Assembly (NCBI GenBank): GCA_963720545.1
Contig: OY970399.1
Coordinates: forward strand, 667,861-731,860
Direction of reading: 5' to 3'
Origin: an uncultured Acidobacteriota bacterium
GTDB lineage: Bacteria > Acidobacteriota > Vicinamibacteria > Fen-336
Length of the DNA: 64,000 nt
The translations under genes were made by a program, and so were the position numbers. A model generated the notes under the pieces. The model saw only the letters and a program-made list of their open reading frames with translations. It ran no database searches and was not told where the DNA came from. Below are positions 48,714 through 59,412 of this stretch, in pieces (the first letter of the stretch is position 1; each line of letters opens with the position of its first letter).

Positions 48714-49805
48714 CTATGCCGCGGCCGACGACCGCTGTTTCGCCCAGTAGAGCGGGCGTTCGACCGGCCAGGTGTTGATGGCCGGAATGCCCGCGAGCCG
48801 CGCGTCGCGAGAGCGATTCGGCTGCCGGCCAATCTCCAGGCCCATGGGCATCGCTGTCGAGGCAAACAAGCAGCCCTTGCTGAGCGCCTCTGCAGCGAGG
48901 GTATGGTCGATATCCTGCCGCGACGGATCACCGTCGATCTCGATAGCTGTGCCGGATTCGGCCGCGCTTCGAAGACACGACCCATCGGCCGATACCCCTG
49001 GCCGTGAGCTATACATGCGCCCGCGCGGGTGCGCGAGTATGTGAACGCCAGGCGCGCGCACCGCAGCCAGCATGCGGTCGGTTTGCGGAAGCGGCGACCT
49101 GAGGCCGGAGTGCGGCGCCGCGAGCACGATCTCGAAAAAGCGTCGCAGCTCGGGCTCGACGTCCACCTGGCCGTCGGCCTTTATATTGGCCTCCACCCCC
49201 TTGAGCAGGCGAAAGCGCCCCCGACACTGCACGTTGAGCCGGTCGATCCGCGACCATTGCAGGGCAAACTGTTCGCGGCTCATGCCTCCGGCGATCGGCA
49301 GCCCCTCCGAATGATCGGTGACCGCGCAGTAGGAGTATCCGCGACCGCGGGCGCTGACTACGATCTCGCCAAGAGACTGGCTGCCGTCGCTGCCGCGGGA
49401 GTGCACCTGGAAGTCGCCCCGATAGTCCTGGCGTCCCACACCAAAAAGCGACGCATCAGCCAGGATTCGCTCGACTCGTGCACGGCTCAGGAAGTGGCCG
49501 CGTAACTCGCGCCGCCTCGCGAGCTCGTCGCCTTTGCCGCTCTTCGCTACCAGTTCTTCCACGATCGCCGAACCACCGGTGCGAAGCACCTCGAGCACGA
49601 TCCGCAAGGACGCCGGGCCCACCCGCGGAATCTTCGGCAGTTCGCCGGCCGCGGCCAGCACTTCGTCCAGTGGCCGTTCGAAACGGCGCACGGCCGCCGC
49701 CGCACCCTTGTAACCCCACTTGCTCTGGGTCGACGTCTGTATGCTGGCGAGATCGCTGAGGAAGCCCGCGACGACCATGTTGATGTCGGCATCCGGCTGT
49801 GGCAT
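48714..49805 (-). CDS. PolX-type HhH + PHP domain protein lacking the polymerase core; C-terminus degraded
   Basis: YKGAAAAVR, IPRVGP HhH; GDFQVHS.GSDG, AVTDHS, GVEANI..DG, APHS, ILAHPRGR; the DSDAH motif is out of frame. Confidence 0.78.
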   Translation of the reverse strand: MPQPDADINMVVAGFLSDLASIQTSTQSKWGYKGAAAAVRRFERPLDEVLAAAGELPKIPRVGPASLRIVLEVLRTGGSAIVEELVAKSGKGDELARRRELRGHFLSRARVERILADASLFGVGRQDYRGDFQVHSRGSDGSQSLGEIVVSARGRGYSYCAVTDHSEGLPIAGGMSREQFALQWSRIDRLNVQCRGRFRLLKGVEANIKADGQVDVEPELRRFFEIVLAAPHSGLRSPLPQTDRMLAAVRAPGVHILAHPRGRMYSSRPGVSADGSCLRSAAESGTAIEIDGDPSRQDIDHTLAAEALSKGCLFASTAMPMGLEIGRQPNRSRDARLAGIPAINTWPVERPLYWAKQRSSAAA

Positions 49806-49842
49806 TTGGTTCTTTTCCAAGATTGCGACCGCTCTTGCGCGC

Positions 49843-49874
49843 TGCAAGACACAGGCCAGGGTATGGATCTTGCT
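49843..49874. promoter_or_regulatory. Abutting divergent sigma54-type promoter pair
   Basis: Minus TGGCCT-GTGTC-TTGCA (49843-49858) directly adjacent to plus GGGTAT-GGATC-TTGCT (49859-49874). Confidence 0.55.
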
Positions 49875-49885
49875 GGTCTGGAGTC

Positions 49886-51016
49886 ATGCGATCGACACTC
49901 AAGAACTCACTCTTGCTCGTCGCAGCAGCGACCGCAACGGCGTATGCCTTGCGAAAGCCGTACCGGTTTTCGCTCCAGGGCAAGGTCGTGCTCATCACCG
50001 GTGGTTCGCGCGGCCTTGGGCTGTTGCTGGCTCGTGAATGCGCACGCCAGGGAGCGAGTATTGCGATCCTGGCGCGGGACCGGGACGAACTGGCGCGCGC
50101 GGCGGCGGATCTCGAGCGTTTTGCAACACCTGTCCTCCCGCTGGAGTGCGACATCAGGCGGGCCGCAGAAATCGGTCTGGCGGTAACCGCTGTGGAGAAG
50201 ACCCTCGGGGCGATCGACGTGGTCATCAACAACGCCGGCGTCATCAAGGCCGGGCCGTTCGACAACACGACACTTGAAGACTTTGCAGAAAGCCTCGACA
50301 CCCACCTGTGGGGACCTCTGCACCTGATCCGCGCGGTCGTGCCGGGCATGACAAATCGGCGCTTCGGCGCGATCGTCAACATCGCGTCGATTGGCGGCCG
50401 CCTCGGCGTGCCGCACCTCGCCTCTTACTGCGCCGGCAAGTTCGCCCTGGTGGGCCTCTCGGAGGCGATCTCCGGCGAGCTGGCGAGCAGCGGTATCGCT
50501 GTCACCACCGTCATGCCGGGCCTCATGCGGACCGGCTCCCACGTCAACGCTCAGTTCAAGGGCCGGCACGAGGCGGAATACGCCTGGTTTGCCGCGCTCG
50601 ATTCACTACCCCTGATGTCGGTCGACGCCGAACGCGCCGCCCGGAAGATCGTGTCCGCACTTCGCCAGGGGGCCAGGACGCTGACGATAGGGCTACCCGC
50701 GCTTGGAGCCGCAGCGGCAAATGGTCTCGCGCCCGGCCTGGTTGCGGCCCTCAACGCCTACGCGACACGGTTCCTGCCGCCGGCGGCGGGCGCCGAGGGC
50801 AACGTCGCACAATCAGGGGCGGAATCCCGCAGCCAGCTGCCTGACTGGGTCACCGCCGCAACCGATGAAGCCGCGGTTGCCAACAACGAGACCGATGAAG
50901 TTGACGCCCAGGTGACTGCCTTACCGACAATGGCCCGACCGGCTGTCAAAGGGAGGCATCGTGAATCAGGCGTGGCTGGCAATAGTCGCACTCGCCGCGG
51001 TCGTTCCACGCGATGA
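49886..51016 (+). CDS. Short-chain dehydrogenase/reductase
   Basis: SD GGAG; ITGGSRGLG, NNAG, IVNIASIGG, YCAGK, PGLMRTGS. Confidence 0.92.
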   Translation: MRSTLKNSLLLVAAATATAYALRKPYRFSLQGKVVLITGGSRGLGLLLARECARQGASIAILARDRDELARAAADLERFATPVLPLECDIRRAAEIGLAVTAVEKTLGAIDVVINNAGVIKAGPFDNTTLEDFAESLDTHLWGPLHLIRAVVPGMTNRRFGAIVNIASIGGRLGVPHLASYCAGKFALVGLSEAISGELASSGIAVTTVMPGLMRTGSHVNAQFKGRHEAEYAWFAALDSLPLMSVDAERAARKIVSALRQGARTLTIGLPALGAAAANGLAPGLVAALNAYATRFLPPAAGAEGNVAQSGAESRSQLPDWVTAATDEAAVANNETDEVDAQVTALPTMARPAVKGRHRESGVAGNSRTRRGRSTR

Positions 51017-51286
51017 TTCGGCCGAGCTGCGCCGGCAGCGCTTCCAGGCCAACGCCGCAAGCGACCGCTCGTTCTACGAGACGCTGCTGGCGCTGAAACT
51101 CCTCCTGCTCAGCCCGGACGCGGTGCCGCGAACCAAGAATGAGTATCCCGATGCCCAGTTCGTCGCCGCAGCGTGCCCCCGAGCGCCGCGAAGATCGACT
51201 TCGCTCCGCCCGTTTGTAGAAAGCCGCGCCTCTTCGACCTGGCGGCGGGCCGATTGGCTGCTGTTCTCACCGTCCTTTAGATGTAG

Positions 51287-51318
51287 TGCAAGCGATGTGC
51301 CCGGGCATCGTTCCTGCA
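51287..51318. promoter_or_regulatory. Abutting divergent sigma54-type promoter pair upstream of katE
   Basis: Minus GGGCAC-ATCGC-TTGCA (51287-51302) adjacent to plus GGGCAT-CGTTC-CTGCA (51303-51318). Confidence 0.55.
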
Positions 51319-51362
51319 GACGATCTGCGACAACCCGCATCGTCAATCCTGGAGCGCAACCA

Positions 51363-53576
51363 ATGGTCACACGACGCAGCACCCGCACGCCCCGCAAGAT
51401 GAAGCCAATCGCAGCACGCGGCAACGGCAAGGTCGAGGCGCTCGCCCCGCATCGTGAGAACGCCGCCGGCCAGGCGCTCACCACCAGCCTGGGGATGAAG
51501 ATCGAGGACGACCAGAACTCGCTGCGGGCCGGGGCGCGTGGGCCGTCGCTGCTCGAGGACTTTCATCTCCGCGAGAAGATCACGCACTTCGACCATGAGC
51601 GGATCCCGGAGCGCATCGTCCACGCCCGTGGCGCAGGCGCACACGGCGTCTTTCAGGTTTACAAGTCGCTGGCGCGCTACACGAGTGCCGGTTTCCTCAA
51701 CGAACCCGGCCGGCGGACGCCGGTATTCGTGCGTTTCTCGACGGTAGCGGGCTCGCGCGGCTCGTCGGATCTCGCCCGCGACGTCCGCGGCTTTGCCGTC
51801 AAGTTCTATACGGAGGAAGGCAATTTCGACCTTGTGGGCAACAACATTCCGGTGTTCTTCATCCAGGACGCCGTCAAGTTTCCCGACTTCGTGCATGCCG
51901 TGAAACCCGAGCCGCACAACGAGATGCCACAGGCGGCCTCGGCGCACGACACCTTCTGGGACTTCGTCTCGCTGATGCCGGAGTCGACACACATGGTCAT
52001 GTGGGCGATGTCCGACCGCGCCATCCCACGCAGCTTGCGCATGATGGAAGGGTTCGGTGTGCACACCTTCCGGCTCGTGAACGCGCGCGGCGAGGCGCAC
52101 TTCGTCAAGTTTCACTGGAAGCCGTTGCTCGGGCTGCACCAGGTGGTGTGGGACGAGGCGCAGAAGATTTCCGGCAAGGATCCCGACTTCCATCGCCGCG
52201 ACCTCTGGGAGGCGATCGAAAGCGGCAGCTACCCGGAGTGGGAGCTGGGCGTGCAGATCGTGCCGGAGGCGGACGAGGATTCCTTCGACTTCGACCTGCT
52301 CGACGCGACCAAGTTGATCCCCGAGGAGCTGGTGCCGGTGCAAATCGTCGGCAAGCTGACGCTCGACCGCAACCCCGACAATTTCTTCGCCGAAACGGAA
52401 CAAGTCGCCTTCGACGTTGGCAACCTCGTGCCGGGAATCGACGTGACCGAGGACCCGCTGATGCAGGGCAGGCTGTTCTCGTATTTCGACACGCAGTTGC
52501 TGCGGCTTGGCGGGCCGAACTCGAACGAGATACCCATCAACCGTCCGCTGGCAGAGGTGCACTCGCTGCAGCGCGATGGCCTCATGCGCCAGCAGATCAA
52601 CGAAGGACGCGTCGCGTACGAGCCCAATACCCTGGGCGGTGGTTGCCCGTTCCAGACGGCGATGAAGGACGGGGGCTTCCGCACGTTTCCGCGGGCGCTC
52701 GAGGGCGGCAAGGTGCGCGGCGCACGCGGCCCCAAGTTCTTCGATCACTTCACCCAGGCACGAATGTTCTTCATCAGCCAGTCCGAACCCGAACAGCAAC
52801 ACATCGTCGATGCCTACACCTTCGAATTGAGCAAGGTGACGGTGCCCGCCGTACGCGACCGGATGGTCGGGGTGCTGGGGCTGATCCACGATGGCCTGGC
52901 CAGGCAGGTGGCGTCGGGGCTTGGGCTGAAGCAGGTGCCCAAAGTCGATGGGCCGGTCAACCTGGGATATCCCGCGGGCGCCGACGTGCGCGCATGGCAG
53001 CCGACCAAGGTCAACGAATCGGTCGCGGCATCGCCCGCGCTGAGTATGGCAAGCCGGCCAGGCGAGACATTGCGCACACGCCAGGTTGCGATCCTGGTGG
53101 CGGACGGCAGCGATGGGAATGCCATCACCCGCATTCAGGACGCGCTCACGGCACAAGGGGCGGTCGGCAAGATCGTGGGCGAGCGGCTGGGCGAGATCGC
53201 GACCAGCACCGGCAAGGTGGCTGCGACGATGAGCGTCGCCACCACGAGTTCGGTTCTGTTCGATGCGGTATTCGTCGCAGGAGGCGAGAAGGCGGCGGCG
53301 GCGCTCTCCGCCGAACCACTCGCCCTCGACTTCGTGTGCGAGGCATTCGCACACTACAAGACGGTCGCCGCATCCGGCGCCGGTACGCAAGTGCTCGACG
53401 CGGCAGGAATTATCGGCGCTAAGCCACATCCCAAGGCGGGGGCGAACGCCAACCCGCAGGCAGGCGTGGTGCGCGGTAGCGACAAGGACATTGTGGCCGT
53501 AGCGAAGCAGTTCCTCGTCGCACTGGGAGCCGGCCGCCACTGGACTCGCGGCCGCAAGCCGCCGGTGCCGGCCTAG
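51363..53576 (+). CDS. katE: Catalase HPII (large-subunit clade 2, C-terminal DJ-1-like domain)
   Basis: [41 protein letters not shown]; SD GGAG before ATG 51363. Confidence 0.95.
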   Translation: MVTRRSTRTPRKMKPIAARGNGKVEALAPHRENAAGQALTTSLGMKIEDDQNSLRAGARGPSLLEDFHLREKITHFDHERIPERIVHARGAGAHGVFQVYKSLARYTSAGFLNEPGRRTPVFVRFSTVAGSRGSSDLARDVRGFAVKFYTEEGNFDLVGNNIPVFFIQDAVKFPDFVHAVKPEPHNEMPQAASAHDTFWDFVSLMPESTHMVMWAMSDRAIPRSLRMMEGFGVHTFRLVNARGEAHFVKFHWKPLLGLHQVVWDEAQKISGKDPDFHRRDLWEAIESGSYPEWELGVQIVPEADEDSFDFDLLDATKLIPEELVPVQIVGKLTLDRNPDNFFAETEQVAFDVGNLVPGIDVTEDPLMQGRLFSYFDTQLLRLGGPNSNEIPINRPLAEVHSLQRDGLMRQQINEGRVAYEPNTLGGGCPFQTAMKDGGFRTFPRALEGGKVRGARGPKFFDHFTQARMFFISQSEPEQQHIVDAYTFELSKVTVPAVRDRMVGVLGLIHDGLARQVASGLGLKQVPKVDGPVNLGYPAGADVRAWQPTKVNESVAASPALSMASRPGETLRTRQVAILVADGSDGNAITRIQDALTAQGAVGKIVGERLGEIATSTGKVAATMSVATTSSVLFDAVFVAGGEKAAAALSAEPLALDFVCEAFAHYKTVAASGAGTQVLDAAGIIGAKPHPKAGANANPQAGVVRGSDKDIVAVAKQFLVALGAGRHWTRGRKPPVPA

Positions 53577-53588
53577 GATTGGCTTTGA

Positions 53589-53665
53589 TGGTGCGCCCGG
53601 CAAGGCTCGAACTTGCAACCTTCGGCTTCGGAGGCCGACGCTCTATCCAGTTGAGCTACGGGCGC
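53589..53665 (-). tRNA. tRNA-Arg(CCG)
   Basis: Reverse complement GCGCCCGTAGCTCAACTGGATAGAGC...GTTCGAG...GGGCGCACCA; anticodon arm TCGGC-CTCCGAA-GCCGA. Confidence 0.95.
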
Positions 53666-53763
53666 GGCGTTTCTGGCAGGGGGCGAGTCTAGCAGAGGGC
53701 CTTCGGGGCAGCTTCTGCGCGGCTTGCTGCGGCGAACCGGCGCGGGAGATACTGGCCGCGACG

Positions 53764-55952
<2,189 letters not shown>

Positions 55953-55956
<4 letters not shown>

Positions 55957-57176
55957 GACGCTGCGAGTCGCAGGTACTCGCGCGCGCTGGCGAGCCAGCC
56001 GCCCACGATCGCGGGCACAGCGCAAAGGGGCGGGTGCCGGGAAGCGTCGAGCAGGTCGCCGATGGGAGTCGCCCGGCCGCGCACGCGATCGGCCAGGATC
56101 CGCGCGGCCAGCGTGCCGAGGACCAGTTTGTTGCTGGCGAAGCCGCTGGCGTGGAACGCATTCGACTCCTTCGCGACACGCCCGATGTACGGCATGCCAT
56201 CCGCCGGTTCGTGCCATTCGCATGACGAGCGGTGAACCACGCTGCCGACATCCCACCGTTGGCGGGCATGCGCTTCGAGGCGCGCGAAGCGCTCCGCGGC
56301 GTCGGTGCTCTGGCTGGCCGGATGGCGCTCGCCGCGCAGGATCAAAAGGCTGCCGCGCTGCTGCACGTCCGGCTCGGCCCGAATCGAGTGGCCTGCCGCC
56401 GCCATGTCACGGAACAGGCCATCGGCGAGCGGCGCACGCGCCATCAGGCCAACCTCGTAGGTTCGCCAGGCGGTCGTACGTCCGGCCGCGGGCCCGAAGG
56501 CGCGCGAACTCTCGCCGGAGAAAATCACGTGGCGGGCAGTGACCGCCGCGTACTCGGTCGTCAGGCGGTGGCCCACTGCGGTGGCGCGCGTGCCGTGCAC
56601 CCGCGTTGCTTCGAAAACGCGGCCGCCGGCTGCGCTCAGCAGGCGCGCGAGGCCAAGCAGGTAGCGGATGAGGTCGAAGCGCGCCTGGCCGCGGACCATG
56701 ATCGCGTCCGAGACCTGGAACGGCAGCGGCGGACGATACGTCATGCTCACGGGCACGCCCAGCAACCGGAGCGCATCCGCCTCGCGCGCCAGCGCACGCT
56801 CCCCGCCTGGCTGCTCCACATAAAGGTAGGTGGGCACACCCTGCCAACCGCATCCCTGCGGCATGCCGCGGGCCAGACGCTCCATGAAGAAGAGCGCGTC
56901 GGCGGCCGCGCTCATGTAGAGCCGGCCGTCCGCGGTGCCGAGCCGTCCGAGGAGCCGGGCCGCTGGCATGTCGGGAAGCGCCGTCAGGTGCGCGGTGGCC
57001 GCGCCGGTGGCGCCGTCGCCAATCTCGCCTGCTTCGAGGACGGCGACGCTGCTGCCGTATCGCTGCAGGAGGAGCGCCGTGGTGAGGCCGGTGACTCCGG
57101 CGCCGACAACCGCCACGTCGACGTCGAGCGGCTCGCGAAGGCTGGGGTACGCGTTCGTCTGAGCCAGAGACGCCAG
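55953..57176 (-). CDS. FAD-dependent oxidoreductase (DAO/YhfW-like, no Rieske domain; 5' end irregular)
   Basis: YPSL..PLDVDVAVVGAGVTG Rossmann motif; DGMPYIG, ASGF; frame open to a CTG at 57176 with no ATG/GTG before the Rossmann strand. Confidence 0.78.
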
Positions 57177-57203
57177 GGGTCACCCGCCTTTCGCGCGGGG
57201 AAG

Positions 57204-57219
57204 AGCAAGGGTGATGCCA
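57204..57219 (-). promoter_or_regulatory. Putative sigma54 promoter
   Basis: TGGCAT-CACCC-TTGCT upstream of the FAD oxidoreductase. Confidence 0.6.
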
Positions 57220-57397
57220 CGCTCGAACAGTACTGTTCTCCCGGGAACACGCAAGGCAACGGGTGCACGTTCTACAAATTGGCTGGCCGTGTGCTCCCGT
57301 CGCGGCGACCAGCGAAGGCAAGGGCACCGGCGCCGAGTTCGTGCTCAACCTCATCCTCGTTGTTGACGACAACGAAGACGCGGTGCAGAGTCTAGTC

Positions 57398-57616
57398 GTG
57401 ACGAGCGATCAGCCCGAAGACGCCGCGAGCCCGCGGCGCAAGGCTATCCACGACCTACGCGGGCAGCTCGGCACGATCTCGAACTGGGTGCACGCGCTCG
57501 CCGAGAGCAAGGACGCGGCGGCGATCCTGCCGCAGGCGGTCGCGGCGATGGACCGCGCGGTGCGCGCGGCCGCGGAGCTTACCGAGACGCTGCGGGAGCC
57601 GCCGCAGCAGCCTTAG
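57398..57616 (+). CDS. Stand-alone HisKA/DHp-like small protein
   Basis: H-box-like AIHDLRGQLGTI followed by an amphipathic helix; start uncertain (ORF open from 57263). Confidence 0.5.
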   Translation: MTSDQPEDAASPRRKAIHDLRGQLGTISNWVHALAESKDAAAILPQAVAAMDRAVRAAAELTETLREPPQQP

Positions 57617-59384
57617 TCGTGGCCGCAGCCACAACCTGGACTTGCGGGCGCAACGGGTACGGGTAGCCCTTCGCGAGCGCGACTTCCAGCGTGCGGTCGT
57701 GCCCGTAGATGTCGTCGACGAAGAACACGACGCCGTCGGAGTTTATGTGCACGGTGTCGTAGAAGAGCACCACGCTGAGGTGTTTCTTGAGGTTGACGCG
57801 CGTCGGCCTGCTGCCGTTCATGGCGGCGGCGATCCGCTCTTTCGTCCACTGCGGCTGGTCGCGCAGCACCCACGCGGCCATGGCGGCGGGGTTCTCGAGG
57901 CGGATGCAGCCGTGGCTGAAGTCGCGGCGCGCGCGCGAGAAGAGCGACTGTGCCGGCGTGCCGTGCATGTAGATGCTGTCGGAGTTCGGGAAGATGAACT
58001 TGGCGAGGCCGAGCGAGTTCTTGGGGCCGGGGCGCTGCCGCACGAACAGCCGCCCGGCCGCTACCTTGTCGAGGTTCTCGGGCGTCACCGGCAGCGGCGC
58101 GGCGTTGTCGTCGCCGTTCGGCACGATCTCCATGTCCTGGCTCGCGAAGTAGCCGGGATCGTGCCGCGCTTTCGGCAGTATCTCCTTGCGGATGATGCTG
58201 TAAGGCGGGTTCCAGTACGGTCGGAAGATGATGTACTGCATCTCGTCGATGAACACCGGCGTGCGATGGTCGATCGACTTCCCCACCACCACGTTCATGC
58301 GCAGCGGCTCCTCGCCCGACTGCGGATCGGTGGCCCAGAGCCGGAACAGCGGCAGGTTGACGAAGATGTTGGCCTGGTTCAGCTCCGGCAGCCAGCGCAT
58401 TCGCTCCATCGCGAGTTCTATCTGGTGGACGCGGTGCGCGAGGCTGACGCTGGCCGCGGCCCAGGTTTCTGGCCCCACGCTGCCGTTCGCTTCGAGCCCG
58501 TGGCGCCGCTGGAAGCTCTTCACGGCATCCACCAGCACGCCTTCGTAACGCGTGGTCGCGGCGTAGGTCTCGGCGGCCGGCGCCTTGAGGTCGCCAAAAG
58601 CGAGCAACCGCGCCGCGAGCTGCGGCACGCCGTCCCACGCTTGCCCGGGAAGCACGCGCTTGCCCTTCGCCAGCTCCGGAAGTGCGGGCGGCTCGCCGTT
58701 GGCTTCGGCCTTGCGATAGTTGGCGAGCGTATAGCGCGCGCGCTCGAAGTGGATGAAGTGCGGCTCGAGAAGCGCGAAGCTCTGCTCGAGGCTGCCGTTC
58801 GCACGCAGCTCGTGGATCGCAGCGACGCGGTCGAACGGTCGGCGGGCGATTTCGTAGCCCCAGCTGAGCGTCTCCGGGTCCACTCGCCCGAGGCGCACCG
58901 CGCTCAGCAACCGCGCGGTCGCGACGCTGAGGCCGACGTCGAACGCCACGCGGTCGGCGGCGCTCGCGCCACCACCAGCCGCCGCGAGCCGCTGCCACTC
59001 CAGGGCGAGCAGGTCGGCATCGTAGTCGCCGGCGTCCAGGCCTTGCTCGCCGGCGAGCGCCAGGCCCGCGACGATCCGCGGCACCGTCGGCTGCGGCGTC
59101 CTGCCCGTGAACCAGACGAGCCCGTCGGGCTCCGGCGCGTAGAGCGCGCGCAAGGTTTCGGTGACGTCGCTGACGTCAGGCCACTTGAGCCCGGGCAACT
59201 GCGAAACCGCAAGGACCTTTTCGAGCGCGGCCGAAACCTCCACGGCGGGCGGCCCCTGGCCGGGCTCAGGCGACGGTTGTGGCTCCCGGTTCGGTACTGT
59301 GGCGCGACGGCAGGCGCCGTTCGCGAGCAGCAGGCAGCACAGCGCCGTCGCGCTGAATCGGGAAACCGGCAGAAAACGCCTCAC
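57579..59384 (-). CDS. L,D-transpeptidase, YcbB/LdtD-like, with peptidoglycan-binding domain
   Basis: Lipobox-like LLLANGAC; AVKSFQRRHGL...G.VGPET; MERMRW; VVVGK...TP; IYMHGT...SHGCIRL. Confidence 0.92.
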   Translation of the reverse strand: MRRFLPVSRFSATALCCLLLANGACRRATVPNREPQPSPEPGQGPPAVEVSAALEKVLAVSQLPGLKWPDVSDVTETLRALYAPEPDGLVWFTGRTPQPTVPRIVAGLALAGEQGLDAGDYDADLLALEWQRLAAAGGGASAADRVAFDVGLSVATARLLSAVRLGRVDPETLSWGYEIARRPFDRVAAIHELRANGSLEQSFALLEPHFIHFERARYTLANYRKAEANGEPPALPELAKGKRVLPGQAWDGVPQLAARLLAFGDLKAPAAETYAATTRYEGVLVDAVKSFQRRHGLEANGSVGPETWAAASVSLAHRVHQIELAMERMRWLPELNQANIFVNLPLFRLWATDPQSGEEPLRMNVVVGKSIDHRTPVFIDEMQYIIFRPYWNPPYSIIRKEILPKARHDPGYFASQDMEIVPNGDDNAAPLPVTPENLDKVAAGRLFVRQRPGPKNSLGLAKFIFPNSDSIYMHGTPAQSLFSRARRDFSHGCIRLENPAAMAAWVLRDQPQWTKERIAAAMNGSRPTRVNLKKHLSVVLFYDTVHINSDGVVFFVDDIYGHDRTLEVALAKGYPYPLRPQVQVVAAATTKAAAAAPAASR

Positions 59385-59412
59385 GGGGCGGAGAGTATAG
59401 GCGGCATCCTCC

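Noticed and set aside
50961-53576. 871-aa catalase as given in the ORF track
   Set aside because: Catalase similarity, an SD and a promoter motif all point to ATG 51363
30500-53665. One large island between the two inward-facing Arg tRNAs
   Set aside because: The central 33.7-44.9 kb looks like ordinary host genes; two separate tRNA-adjacent patches fit better
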